A stretch of DNA of 62,490 nt from Candidatus Aquitaenariimonas noxiae (GTDB lineage: Bacteria > Omnitrophota > Gorgyraeia > Aquitaenariimonadales > Aquitaenariimonadaceae), in the NCBI GenBank assembly GCA_002780005.1, contig PEWV01000013.1, forward strand, positions 1 through 62,490, in the 5' to 3' direction. Below the pieces are notes generated by a model. The model had not been told where the DNA came from. It searched no databases and worked only from the letters and a program-made list of their open reading frames with translations. Every line of letters starts with the position of its first letter. The stretch's first letter is position 1. The position numbers and the translations under genes are program-made. Positions 40,374 to 50,329 of this stretch are shown here, piece after piece.

Positions 40374-41989
40374 CACCTAGAATATGGATAATGTATCTCA
40401 AAATGTATTGGGTCAGGCTTCTGGTGACATTTACTATAATACTCTTGATAATACTTTCCATAATAGGACTCGCCTCGCTCGAGTCATTTTATAGAAACAT
40501 AAGCATAGCCCAGATGCCGTTTAATATACTTATGGCGGGACTTAACGCGAGCGTATTTGTGTTTATGTATCTTGTATTTATGAGAGGCGGCTTTTCTAAA
40601 ATGGAGCGTTCCAGGATAAAAAGCAAGAACGTGAACATAAAGTGGGACGATGTTATTGGCATGGACGACGTAAAACGGGAAGCATGGGAAGTTGTAGAGC
40701 TGATAAAAGACAGGGCGTCATTAAGGCGCATAGGAGGAAAGATCATCAGGGGAATACTTATGGTCGGGCCTCCGGGATGCGGCAAGACGTATCTCGCGAA
40801 GGCAATAGCAACCGAGGCGAGCATCCCTTTTATTTCTATGTCCGGCAGCGAATTTACCGAAATATTTGTCGGGGTCGGCGCCAGCCGCGTGAGGCAATTG
40901 TTCAAAAAGGCAAGGGCGCTTGCTTATGGTTACGGTGCGTGCATTATTTTTATAGACGAATTGGACGCGATAGGACGGAAAAGGACTTTTAGTGTATTCG
41001 GAGGGACAGAGGAAACAAATTCTACCCAGAACCAGTTGCTCGCCGAGATGGACGGATTAAAAGAAAAGCAATACGATATAATAGTTATCGGCGCGACGAA
41101 CGCGGTAGAGGATATTTTGGACACGGCGCTATTGCGGCCGGGCAGATTTGACCGCAAGATCTATGTTGACAGGCCTAGTCTGGAAGACAGGGAGAGACTT
41201 TTTAAGTACTATTTGGATAAAATAAAGTATGATCCGTCTATAGACGTTGGGAGGCTTGCGAGAAAGTCGGTTTATAAAACGCCGGCAGATATAGAAAACA
41301 TAGTCAAAGAAGCAGCCCTCATTGCCATGCGAAATAAGAAAGACACGATAAGCCTAAAGGATATTTCAGAAGCGATAGAGCGTATAGATATGGGCATAAA
41401 ACATAAACGCACGATGACGAACCGCGAGAGACAAATGGTAGCTTATCATGAGACAGGGCACCTGGTAGTTCTTTATATTCTGCATCCTACGGATGATGTT
41501 TTCAAGGCCTCCATTATTTCCAGGCGCGATTCGCTTGGAGCGGTCTACAGACAGCCCAGGGAGGAGATCTTTACGTCAAATGAGGAAAGAATACTCGCTA
41601 ATATAAAAGTCTCCCTCGGAGGGTATGTCGCGGAGAAGATCAAATTCGGCGTGACAAGCGACGGAGTAGCCGCGGATTTCAAGCAGGCGGTCATATACGC
41701 GCATGATATGGTATGGAAATACGGCATGGGTAAATCCGGGTTTATTGGGGATTATACGATCGTGCCCGAAGGCCAACTCTCGGAATCGCTAAAAGAAAGA
41801 TTGAATAACGAGACCAATCGCATTATAGTTGAATGCGAAAAAGAAGTTCAAGAACTCTTAAAGAAAGAGTCGGAGATATTTGAGCATATCGCCAGCGAGC
41901 TTTTAAAAAGAGAAGAGTTAGATTACGACGAAGTCGAAGAGATATTTAAAAAATATGGCAAGAGTCGAACTTGGCTTAAAACGGAATAA
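40370..41989 (+). CDS. FtsH-like AAA+ ATPase with M41 metalloprotease domain
   Basis: Two N-terminal TM segments, [29 protein letters not shown]. Confidence 0.9.
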   Translation: MTPRIWIMYLKMYWVRLLVTFTIILLIILSIIGLASLESFYRNISIAQMPFNILMAGLNASVFVFMYLVFMRGGFSKMERSRIKSKNVNIKWDDVIGMDDVKREAWEVVELIKDRASLRRIGGKIIRGILMVGPPGCGKTYLAKAIATEASIPFISMSGSEFTEIFVGVGASRVRQLFKKARALAYGYGACIIFIDELDAIGRKRTFSVFGGTEETNSTQNQLLAEMDGLKEKQYDIIVIGATNAVEDILDTALLRPGRFDRKIYVDRPSLEDRERLFKYYLDKIKYDPSIDVGRLARKSVYKTPADIENIVKEAALIAMRNKKDTISLKDISEAIERIDMGIKHKRTMTNRERQMVAYHETGHLVVLYILHPTDDVFKASIISRRDSLGAVYRQPREEIFTSNEERILANIKVSLGGYVAEKIKFGVTSDGVAADFKQAVIYAHDMVWKYGMGKSGFIGDYTIVPEGQLSESLKERLNNETNRIIVECEKEVQELLKKESEIFEHIASELLKREELDYDEVEEIFKKYGKSRTWLKTE

Positions 41990-42944
41990 GAGAAGAGCAG
42001 TAACATTATTTTTATTTTTTACACTTTGTCTTCTACTTTTTAATCCGCTCGGCTGCAACCCCACCTATCCGAAAGAGCGCGTTGATAAGAGCATAATAAA
42101 CCTCTGCAAAAGAGAATACAAGGTAGACGTAGAGATTAAGGTGGTCGGGAAAACCATAGGTGTATATATCCCTATAGAAGATTTGATCGGTATAAACCTT
42201 GCTATCAATCCTGACAAGATCGGAAAAGTTGACGATGTTATTATGAGCGTGTCGCGAGTGGCCTTGAGCACGGACGCAAAGTTTAATTTTTATGTTTTAG
42301 TCGCTCAAGATCCCATAGTGCCCGATATAGAGCTAATAATAATAAGAAACGTTACGGATGTTAAAAGATTTTTAGTAACCGATATCTCGCAGAGCGAGTA
42401 CCTCAATAGGATGATAATACAATTAAAGCTTACGCCTCAAGCAGAGAAAGAAAGAGTCATCCGTGAGCTTTTCGCAAGGACCGGGGTCGATGTGTCAGAA
42501 GAGACCATAGAGGATTATTTTAAATCGGGTTACATAGATACGATCTCGGATATCGGGTATTGGAACGGCAAGTTCTTTTTGAAAGATGTAACGATGGGAG
42601 AATTTATCGCTAAACAGGTTGAAGAGCGGATGCGCAAAGATTTTACAACGGATAATTCTCTAAAGATATTCAAACTGAATTTTGTCGACAGCGCATACAA
42701 AAACGGCAATTTTAATTTTGACTTTGAAGTTAACTCACCCGATGCACCCGCTGACAGCTCTAAGGCAAACAGAAGTGTTGTGTTAAAATATATATACGGG
42801 GTTGTTTCAAAAGTCCTACATGGATATGGGTTCCAGGATTATTCTTATATAAACCTTTCTTATAACGGAGAAAAAGTAGTATTTACAAAAGAAAACCTCC
42901 AGGATATTAAAAAACGAAAACTAAAGGTAGAAGATATCATATAA
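41955..42944 (+). CDS. Hypothetical lipoprotein
   Basis: Basic N-terminus, hydrophobic stretch, LGC lipobox; no recognised domain. Confidence 0.7.
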   Translation: MARVELGLKRNKRRAVTLFLFFTLCLLLFNPLGCNPTYPKERVDKSIINLCKREYKVDVEIKVVGKTIGVYIPIEDLIGINLAINPDKIGKVDDVIMSVSRVALSTDAKFNFYVLVAQDPIVPDIELIIIRNVTDVKRFLVTDISQSEYLNRMIIQLKLTPQAEKERVIRELFARTGVDVSEETIEDYFKSGYIDTISDIGYWNGKFFLKDVTMGEFIAKQVEERMRKDFTTDNSLKIFKLNFVDSAYKNGNFNFDFEVNSPDAPADSSKANRSVVLKYIYGVVSKVLHGYGFQDYSYINLSYNGEKVVFTKENLQDIKKRKLKVEDII

Positions 42945-42987
42945 AAAATCAAATAACAATTTTTATGAAAGGCTAAAGGTAAACATA

Positions 42988-43941
42988 ATGGAAAAAAACA
43001 AGTTGCAGATGGTACCCACAAGAGACGGCTTTGGGAGGGGCGTTGTGGAATTAGGCAAAACCGATGAAAGAGTCGTTGTATTATCAGCCGACCTTACAGA
43101 TTCTACCAGGGCCGGTTGGTTTAAAAAAGAACTGCCGGAGCGTTTCTTTGCATTTGGCGTATCCGAGCAGGACATGTTCGGCGTTGCCAGCGGATTCGCC
43201 CTGGCCGGGAAGATACCTTATGCGTGCACATTTGGCGTATTCGCTACAGGCAGGGTTTGGGACCAGATAAGGGTATCCATAGCTTATATGAACTTAAATG
43301 TTAAAATTATCGGCACACACGGAGGAATAAGCGTCGGAGAAGACGGCGCGACGCACCAGGCATTGGAAGAAATAACGCTTATGAGGGTGCTTCCTAATAT
43401 GACCGTTATAGTGCCGGCCGATGCCGTTGAGGCCAAAAAGGCCACTATCGAGGCAGCGAAACACAATGGCCCGGTATATATAAGATTGGGCAGAAGCGAA
43501 GTTCCCGTGATCACAAAAGAGAGCGACCGCTTTGAGATAGGAAAGGCAAATGTTTTAAAAGAAGGAAACGACCTTGCCATATTTGCCTGCGGTATGATGG
43601 TTTATTATGCCTTGGAAGCGAGCGAGATTCTGTCTAAAGAAGGCATCAAAGCCAGGGTAATAAATTTGCATACCCCAAAACCCATAGACGCGGATACGGT
43701 AAAAAAGGCCGCAATTGAGACGAAGGCTATAGTTACCGTTGAAGAGCACACCTTAAGCGGCGGTTTCGGTAGCGCCATAAGCGAGATAGTTTCTCAAAAT
43801 TGCCCGGTTCCTATGAAAATGATAGGTATAAATGACAGATTTGGAGAGTCAGGGTCCCAGGAAGAGCTCCTTAAAAAATTTAATTTAGAGACAAAAGATA
43901 TTGTTAAAGCGGCAAAAGAAGTCCTAAAGGTAAAGAAGTAA
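42988..43941 (+). CDS. Transketolase, C-terminal subunit
   Basis: LSADL, GVSEQ, GEDGATHQ, YIRLGR, TVEEH. Confidence 0.96.
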   Translation: MEKNKLQMVPTRDGFGRGVVELGKTDERVVVLSADLTDSTRAGWFKKELPERFFAFGVSEQDMFGVASGFALAGKIPYACTFGVFATGRVWDQIRVSIAYMNLNVKIIGTHGGISVGEDGATHQALEEITLMRVLPNMTVIVPADAVEAKKATIEAAKHNGPVYIRLGRSEVPVITKESDRFEIGKANVLKEGNDLAIFACGMMVYYALEASEILSKEGIKARVINLHTPKPIDADTVKKAAIETKAIVTVEEHTLSGGFGSAISEIVSQNCPVPMKMIGINDRFGESGSQEELLKKFNLETKDIVKAAKEVLKVKK

Positions 43942-44829
43942 ATGCTCCGAAACAGCATGGATAGCATAACACTTAAGGCCCCCGCCAAACTTAACTTATT
44001 TTTAGAAGTCCTAGGCAAACGCCGAGACGGTTACCATAATATTATTACCATATTTGAACGTATTAATCTTTGCGATGATATAGTAATTTCCATCGTAGAC
44101 CGTGGTATTAAGGTGTTTTGCGACCAGAAAATCCCCGAAAAAGAAAACCTCGCCTATAAAGCCGCAAAATTAATACTTTCAAGAAGTAAGGTGAATCAAG
44201 GGGTTTTCGTTAAAATTACTAAGAATATACCCATAGCCAGCGGCATGGGTGGCGGCTCGAGCGATGCAGCATATACCCTCATAGGTATAAATAAGCTGTT
44301 TAAGCTTGGTTATAAGAAAGACGGTTTAATAAGGCTTGGAAGGCTTCTAGGCTCTGATGTGCCGTTTTTCATCCTGGAACGCAGTTTTGCTATAGGTAAA
44401 GGCCGTGGCGACAGTGTAAAAGGTCTAGATTTCACTCCGCCAAAAATATGGCATCTACTTATGTTTCCTGGGGTTAAGAAGCTTACCAAGGATATATATA
44501 GGGCTCTAAAATTAGACTTGACAAAAAAAGTTCATAATGTTAAAATGCTCGAGCATGCTTTGAAGATGGGTGATTTTGACTTGATGAAAGAAACAACTTA
44601 TAATCGTCTTGAAGGCCCTGCCTTTGATAGGGAACCAAGGCTCAGTGCTATAAAATCTAGTTTAATAAAATTAGGTATAAAGGGTGCAAGCCTTACGGGA
44701 AGCGGCCCTACTATTTTTGGTATAGTGAAATCAAGAAAGGAGGCAATTTCGCTAAGTGCGGAGGTCCTAAAGAAGAGGACCGGGTTCGAAAAGGAAGGCT
44801 GGCGATTATTCATCGCGCATACATTGTAA
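43942..44829 (+). CDS. ispE: 4-diphosphocytidyl-2-C-methyl-D-erythritol kinase
   Basis: APAKLNLFL, KNIPIASGMGGGSSDAA, GSDVPFF, TGSGPT; start may be 43957. Confidence 0.96.
   Translation: MLRNSMDSITLKAPAKLNLFLEVLGKRRDGYHNIITIFERINLCDDIVISIVDRGIKVFCDQKIPEKENLAYKAAKLILSRSKVNQGVFVKITKNIPIASGMGGGSSDAAYTLIGINKLFKLGYKKDGLIRLGRLLGSDVPFFILERSFAIGKGRGDSVKGLDFTPPKIWHLLMFPGVKKLTKDIYRALKLDLTKKVHNVKMLEHALKMGDFDLMKETTYNRLEGPAFDREPRLSAIKSSLIKLGIKGASLTGSGPTIFGIVKSRKEAISLSAEVLKKRTGFEKEGWRLFIAHTL
44518..44546 (+). promoter_or_regulatory. Internal sigma70-type promoter within ispE
   Basis: TTGACA-17 bp-TAAAAT with TG extension. Confidence 0.6.
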
Positions 44830-44855
44830 AACTTAAGTGAAAGGAGCACGCTAAG

Positions 44856-45368
44856 ATGGAAATTACAGAGGTAAGGCTTTTCTTAAAAGACGGTAATGAT
44901 AAGAAACTCAAGGCATATGCAACCATTACAATTGACAATGCCTTTGTAGTTCGGAACGTAAAAGTTATTGAAGGTAACAAGGGTTTATTTGTTGCCATGC
45001 CTTCAAGGAAAATAAAAGAATCTTGCCCCAAATGTAATTTTAAAAATACAGTAAGGAGCAAATTCTGCAATCAATGCGGTAGCGTTCTGCCGCCTCCGAA
45101 AAAAATTGAGACAACAAACCCGAAAAACAGAGAATCAGAGCATAAGGATATCGCTCATCCGATTTCTTTTGAGTGTAGGGATTATATCCAAAAGAAGGTT
45201 TTGGAAGCTTACGATATTGAGAAAAAGAAGCAAGGATCTCAACCCGTATCTCAACCCGTATCTGGGCCCGGAACGCAACCAAGCAGCATTTCCAGAGAAA
45301 AGCCCAAATTTGAAACTCCCGGGGCAGCAAGTCCCAATGCGGATATGGAAGGGGATCTGGCGCTCTAA
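44856..45368 (+). CDS. spoVG: SpoVG family protein with Zn-ribbon insertion and low-complexity tail
   Basis: MEITEVR, GLFVAMPSRK, CPKC...CNQC, DIAHPI. Confidence 0.92.
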   Translation: MEITEVRLFLKDGNDKKLKAYATITIDNAFVVRNVKVIEGNKGLFVAMPSRKIKESCPKCNFKNTVRSKFCNQCGSVLPPPKKIETTNPKNRESEHKDIAHPISFECRDYIQKKVLEAYDIEKKKQGSQPVSQPVSGPGTQPSSISREKPKFETPGAASPNADMEGDLAL

Positions 45369-45459
45369 ACGGGATTACTCTCTAGCTATAAATTAGCTTA
45401 AAGAGGAGCTTTTCTATTTGAAATTACAGTCAAAGACTGGCGACTGGTAACTTTTAGAA

Positions 45460-45534
45460 TGCCCGGTGGTGTAATTGGTAACACACCAGCCTTTGGAGCT
45501 GAGGTTCCTGGTTCGAGCCCAGGCTGGGCAGCCA
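45460..45534 (+). tRNA. tRNA-Gln(TTG)
   Basis: Acceptor TGCCCGG/CTGGGCA, anticodon loop CTTTGGA, T arm CCTGG-TTCGAGC-CCAGG, encoded CCA. Confidence 0.95.
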
Positions 45535-45583
45535 TCCTGCTTCGCTCAACAGTGTGGAAGTTGCAGTAGAGCTTCGCAGGGAT
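45534..45583. repeat. REP-like hairpin abutting the tRNA-Gln 3' end
   Basis: CCTGC-TTC-GCTC ... GAGC-TTC-GCAGG. Confidence 0.6.
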
Positions 45584-45661
45584 TCGACCATTATAAGTAA
45601 GATAGCAGCGCCATTTAAGAATATATAAAAAGTATATAAACGTAAAATAAGATATATAGAT

Positions 45662-46945
45662 ATGAAAGAACGTGAAACAGTAGCCATAATACTGGCGGCA
45701 GGCCAGAGCACCAGGATGAATTCCAGTTTTTCAAAGGTCTTGCACAAGATCTATGGAAAACCCATGTTAGAGTATGTGTTGGATGCCATAAAACCTCTTG
45801 GTGTAAAAAAAATTATACTCATTACAAATAATAAAGATGACATAAAGAAGAACTGCGCTTTAAGCAAGAATATGCATTTCATCCCGCAGAAGAAACTTTT
45901 AGGTACCGCGCATGCGGTCATGCAGACAAAAGATACTCTTATAAAATTCGAAGGCGACTTGCTGATCCTCTACGGAGACACCCCTCTTTTAAAAACCCAC
46001 ACATTGCAAAGATTACTCGAAAAACACAAAGGCAGCCTTGCTGCATGCACGCTTCTGACGACTTTTTTAAAAGAACCAGGTAGCTATGGAAGGATAGTCA
46101 GGGATTCGGATGATAATATAAAAAAGATCATAGAGGCAAGAGATGCGTCTGCATATGAAAAGACTATAAGAGAAATAAATGCCGGTGTGTATTGTTTCAG
46201 GTCAAAGGAATTATTCAAAGCAACAGAAGAAATAAAACCGGACAATAAAAAAGGCGAATACTATCTTACAGATACGATAGAGATCCTGTCAAAAAAGGGT
46301 TTTGGCATAGAAAGCCTGCAAACCGATGTAAGTGAGGAGATCACAGGGGTAAATTCGCGCCAAGACCTGGCCAGGGCCCAGGAATTCACAAAGAATAGGA
46401 TCCTAGACGAAATGATGTCAAAAGGCGTTGGTATAATAGACCCGATCACGACGCACATATATAATGACGTAGAGATCGGGCAGGATACTATTATATATCC
46501 GTTTACTGTAATAGAAAGCAACGTGAGTATAGGGAAAAAATGTAAAATAGGACCTTTTGCCAGGATCAGGCCGTATACCGAGATCAGCGACGAGGTAGAA
46601 ATAGGTAATTTTACCGAGATCACGCGCAGCAAAATAGGAGAACGGACACGAATAAAGCATCGTACGTTTTTAGGTGATGCCGAAATAGGCTCGGAAGTCA
46701 ATATAGGCGCGGGTACCACAACGGCTAATTATGACGGTATAAATTTTAGCAAGACCAAAATAGGAAATCGCTCATTTATCGGAAGTGGTACAACGATAAT
46801 AGCGCCTGCCGTTATCGGAGACGATGTAACTACCGGGGCAGGTTCTGTTATAGCGAGAGGAGAAAAGATCCCTCATAACTCTACGATACATGGAGTTCCG
46901 GCGAAGGTTTATAAAAAAACCAATAGGAGAAATTCACATGAGTAA
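45662..46945 (+). CDS. glmU: Bifunctional UDP-GlcNAc pyrophosphorylase / glucosamine-1-P acetyltransferase
   Basis: ILAAGQSTRM, GTAHAV, EYYLTD, hexapeptide repeats, NIGAGTTTANYDG. Confidence 0.95.
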   Translation: MKERETVAIILAAGQSTRMNSSFSKVLHKIYGKPMLEYVLDAIKPLGVKKIILITNNKDDIKKNCALSKNMHFIPQKKLLGTAHAVMQTKDTLIKFEGDLLILYGDTPLLKTHTLQRLLEKHKGSLAACTLLTTFLKEPGSYGRIVRDSDDNIKKIIEARDASAYEKTIREINAGVYCFRSKELFKATEEIKPDNKKGEYYLTDTIEILSKKGFGIESLQTDVSEEITGVNSRQDLARAQEFTKNRILDEMMSKGVGIIDPITTHIYNDVEIGQDTIIYPFTVIESNVSIGKKCKIGPFARIRPYTEISDEVEIGNFTEITRSKIGERTRIKHRTFLGDAEIGSEVNIGAGTTTANYDGINFSKTKIGNRSFIGSGTTIIAPAVIGDDVTTGAGSVIARGEKIPHNSTIHGVPAKVYKKTNRRNSHE

Positions 46946-47891
46946 GAAACCTAACAATAATATATCCGTATTTACCGGTAATGCGAACCCGGGCCTGGCT
47001 GGTAAAATATGCGATTTTCTCGGAGTGAAGCCATCGGCAATAGTTGTGGATAGGTTCAGCGACGGCGAGGTGCACGTAAAAATAAACGATAACGTAAGGG
47101 GGCAGGATGTGTTTGTCGTGCAGCCCACATCCCCGCCGGCAAATGATAATGCTATGGAACTTTTTATTATTATAGATGCGTTAAAAAGAGCTTCCGCGGA
47201 CAGAATTACGGCTGTGGTGCCGTATTTCGGATATGCCAGGCAGGATAGGAAAGACCAGCCCAGAGTCCCCATCACGGCAAAATTGATTGCTAACCTTTTA
47301 ACGGTTGCGGGAGCTAACCGGCTTCTGACGATTGATCTGCACGCCGGCCAAATACAGGGCTTTTTCGATATTCCGGTCGATAACCTATACGCGGCGCATT
47401 TATTCGGCGAGCATATTCAAAATATGAAATTGAAGGACATAGTGGTTGTTTCGCCCGATGTCGGCGGGATAAAAACGGCGAGGTCCTATGCGAAACGATT
47501 AGGGGTAGAACTCGCGATAGTCGACAAGCGGAGGATCAACGACAAACAGGCAGAGGTTATGCACATAATGGGGGAAGTGAAAGGTAAGAATGTCGTGATT
47601 GTCGATGATATGGTTACCACCGCAGGGTCTCTTGCCGAAGCGGCAGGCGCCCTGGGCAAAGCCGGATGCAAAGACATCTACGCCGCTATTACGCACCCTG
47701 TTCTTGCCGGCCCGGCTATTGAAAGAATAAAGAAATCCGCATTAAAAAAATTATTTACAACAGACACGATCGCTTTGGATGAAAGCAAAAAAATAGATAA
47801 GATAGAAGTGCTTTCCGTTGCCCAGCTATTAGGGGAAGGCATAAAGAGGATACATAACGAGGAATCGATTAGCACATTGTTTGATTTTTGA
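46938..47891 (+). CDS. prs: Ribose-phosphate pyrophosphokinase
   Basis: FSDGE, PYFGYARQDRK, DLHAGQIQGFF, VSPDVGG; start at 46938 after AGGAG. Confidence 0.98.
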   Translation: MSKKPNNNISVFTGNANPGLAGKICDFLGVKPSAIVVDRFSDGEVHVKINDNVRGQDVFVVQPTSPPANDNAMELFIIIDALKRASADRITAVVPYFGYARQDRKDQPRVPITAKLIANLLTVAGANRLLTIDLHAGQIQGFFDIPVDNLYAAHLFGEHIQNMKLKDIVVVSPDVGGIKTARSYAKRLGVELAIVDKRRINDKQAEVMHIMGEVKGKNVVIVDDMVTTAGSLAEAAGALGKAGCKDIYAAITHPVLAGPAIERIKKSALKKLFTTDTIALDESKKIDKIEVLSVAQLLGEGIKRIHNEESISTLFDF

Positions 47892-47915
47892 TCGATTAAG
47901 AAAGGGATTTGAACT

Positions 47916-48647
47916 ATGGAGAAAGTATTTTTAGACGGAAAAATCAGGGAAGAATTAGGAAAGAACGCCGTAGGCAGGCTTAGAAAAGAAGGTTTTATCC
48001 CGGCGGTTGTTTATAAAGGCGGCGGTAAGGCTGCAGCGATCAAGGTAGGGAAAAAAGACCTTTTCAAGACATTGCATACAAAGGCCGGAGAAAACGTAAT
48101 TATCACGCTCCGGATCGCCAAAGATAAGGCTAAGTCAAAGGCAGATGAGAGGACCGCCATTATAAAAGAAATACAAATCGACCCGGTAAAAGATGAGATT
48201 ATACACGTAGATTTTAACGAGATCTCCCTTACTGAGAGACTGAAGGTCAAGGTACCAGTAACGGATAAGGGCGAGGCGATCGGTGTGAAACGCGACAGCG
48301 GAGTTTTAGAGCATATACTTTGGGAAGTAGAAATAGAGTGTTTGCCTACCCAGATACCAGAGAAACTGGAAGTGGATGTGTCCAATCTGGAAATCGGCAA
48401 GGACATATTTGTTAAAGATATTCCCGCTTTGGAAGGCGTAAAAATATTAGCCGACCCGGAAGCTATAGTGTTTTCAGTAAAACCGCCTAGGGCTGAAGTC
48501 GTTGTGGAAGAAGCCGCACCTGCAGCCGAAGAGCCGGAAGTCATACGAGAAAAGAAACCTGAGGCCGAAGGAGAAGAAGAAGCAAAAGAAGAGACGCCGA
48601 AAGAGAAGGCCAAAGAGAAGAAAGAAGAAAAAGAAGCAAAAGCATAA
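47916..48647 (+). CDS. rplY: 50S ribosomal protein bL25/Ctc
   Basis: RLRKEGFIPAVVY, IHVDF, CLPTQIPE, charged tail. Confidence 0.96.
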   Translation: MEKVFLDGKIREELGKNAVGRLRKEGFIPAVVYKGGGKAAAIKVGKKDLFKTLHTKAGENVIITLRIAKDKAKSKADERTAIIKEIQIDPVKDEIIHVDFNEISLTERLKVKVPVTDKGEAIGVKRDSGVLEHILWEVEIECLPTQIPEKLEVDVSNLEIGKDIFVKDIPALEGVKILADPEAIVFSVKPPRAEVVVEEAAPAAEEPEVIREKKPEAEGEEEAKEETPKEKAKEKKEEKEAKA

Positions 48648-49220
48648 GTGAAACTTATAATAGGTCTCGGCAATCCTACACGGAAATATAAGTTTACAAG
48701 GCACAATATAGGATTTTTAGCTATCGACAGGATAGCTAAAGATTTTTCTATAAAATTACAGGAAGCACCTTTTAGTTCTTTGATAGGGGAAAAAAATGTA
48801 AGCGGTGAAAAAATAGTACTCATGAAACCCCTTACATTTATGAATCTTTCCGGTGAAGCGGTCAGGGCAGCTAAAGGCAAAACAAAGGCGAAATTTGAAG
48901 ATATAATTGTCATATGCGACGACGTGAACCTCGACCTGGGAAGGCTTAGAATAAGGAAATCCGGATCGAGCGGAGGCCATAATGGGCTTAAATCGATAAT
49001 AGAGCATCTCGGGACGAATGAGTTCGCACGTTTGCGCATAGGCATAAATACGGGGAAAAAAATCTGTGATCTTTCGGAATATGTGCTGGAAGAGTTTGGA
49101 GAAAAAGAGTTGAAAGTTGTTGATAAGATTTTAGATGTAGTCTCGGACGCGGTTAAGGTATATATCGGAAAAGGCGCCGAAACAACAATGACAAATTTTA
49201 ACAAACTTCTTATTTCTTAA
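48648..49220 (+). CDS. pth: Peptidyl-tRNA hydrolase
   Basis: GLGNP, TRHNIGF, KPLTFMNLSG, GGHNGLKS. Confidence 0.97.
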   Translation: MKLIIGLGNPTRKYKFTRHNIGFLAIDRIAKDFSIKLQEAPFSSLIGEKNVSGEKIVLMKPLTFMNLSGEAVRAAKGKTKAKFEDIIVICDDVNLDLGRLRIRKSGSSGGHNGLKSIIEHLGTNEFARLRIGINTGKKICDLSEYVLEEFGEKELKVVDKILDVVSDAVKVYIGKGAETTMTNFNKLLIS

Positions 49221-49231
49221 AAGGGGGATAA

Positions 49232-49522
49232 ATGGAAAAATACGAAGGAGTGTTTATAGTAAGGCCGGATCTTAATGCAGAAAACCTAAAAGGGCTTATC
49301 GGCTCCGTGGAAGATGAAATTAAGAAAGGCAAGGGTAGCGTTGATAAGTTGGAGAGCTGGGGGAAAAAGAACATGGCTTATTCTATAAAAAAATTTCCGG
49401 AAGGTGTATATTATAAGGTAGATTTTAACATTGCACCAGCCGCCTTACAGGATATGGAAAGAAAATTCCGGTTGAATGAAAACATATTACGGTTTATGAT
49501 AATAAAGAAAGATAAAAAGTAG
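49232..49522 (+). CDS. rpsF: 30S ribosomal protein bS6
   Basis: YE..FIVRP, WGKKNMAYSIKK, ILRF. Confidence 0.96.
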   Translation: MEKYEGVFIVRPDLNAENLKGLIGSVEDEIKKGKGSVDKLESWGKKNMAYSIKKFPEGVYYKVDFNIAPAALQDMERKFRLNENILRFMIIKKDKK

Positions 49523-49531
49523 AGGTATCTT

Positions 49532-50011
49532 ATGGCGATGAGTCTAAACAGAGTTTTTTTGATAGGTAATCTCACAAGAGATCCGGAGCTTAGGTATGTG
49601 CCCAGTGGAACGGCGGTCGCTTCTTTTACCGTTGCGGTAAATCGTTTTTATAGCAGCGCGGCAGGCGAAAAAAAAGAGGAAACCTGTTTCGTGAGGGTTG
49701 TCGTATGGGGCCGCCGCGCCGAAGTCTGCGGCGAATATCTTTCCAAAGGGAGCCCTGTCTTCATAGAAGGAAGATTACGCTCCAGGACGTGGGAAGGTAC
49801 GGATGGCCAAAAGAGAAGTACTATTGAGGTTATAGCGTCTAGCGTTCAATTCTTAAGGTCGTCATCAAAAACAGCGTTACCGCCGGACGAAAGCGGGGTG
49901 GATGAAAAGGTACCGGAAGATGCAGCTGTGGATCAAGGCGCAAAGGGGCAGGAAGCTAAAGGCGCCGAAGGCGAAACGCCTGCCGTTCCGGGAGAGGAAG
50001 TTCCGTTTTAA
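49532..50011 (+). CDS. ssb: Single-stranded DNA-binding protein
   Basis: LNRVFLIGNLTRDPELRY, C-terminal EEVPF. Confidence 0.97.
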   Translation: MAMSLNRVFLIGNLTRDPELRYVPSGTAVASFTVAVNRFYSSAAGEKKEETCFVRVVVWGRRAEVCGEYLSKGSPVFIEGRLRSRTWEGTDGQKRSTIEVIASSVQFLRSSSKTALPPDESGVDEKVPEDAAVDQGAKGQEAKGAEGETPAVPGEEVPF

Positions 50012-50070
50012 AAGTAAACCCTTCTAAGAGATTTTGCGATCTCTAACCGAGGTGTAAATGAGGAGAGACA

Positions 50071-50328
50071 ATGCGAAAGAAGATAGAAAGAAAAAGAAGA
50101 AATCCTGACAAGCGGCGTTTTATGCGCAAAAAGGTATGCGGATTCTGCAGGGCCAAAGCTACCGATATAGACTATAAGGAGATAGAGAGACTCCGAAAGT
50201 TTTTAACCGAAAGAGGCAAAATTGTCCCGAGCAGAATCTCAGGTAATTGCGCCAAACATCAAAGGCAGCTCGCGCAAGCTATTAAAAGAGCGCGCGTTAT
50301 AGCTTTATTGCCGTTCGTGGCTAAATAA
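50071..50328 (+). CDS. rpsR: 30S ribosomal protein bS18 (Zn-binding form)
   Basis: [25 protein letters not shown]. Confidence 0.97.
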   Translation: MRKKIERKRRNPDKRRFMRKKVCGFCRAKATDIDYKEIERLRKFLTERGKIVPSRISGNCAKHQRQLAQAIKRARVIALLPFVAK

Positions 50329-50329
50329 C

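Noticed and set aside
45454-45747. 97-aa minus-strand ORF
   Set aside because: Antisense to tRNA-Gln and the start of glmU
48011-49204. 397-aa ORF on the minus strand
   Set aside because: Antisense shadow of rplY and pth; its Ser/Phe-rich composition mirrors the Lys/Glu codons of the real genes
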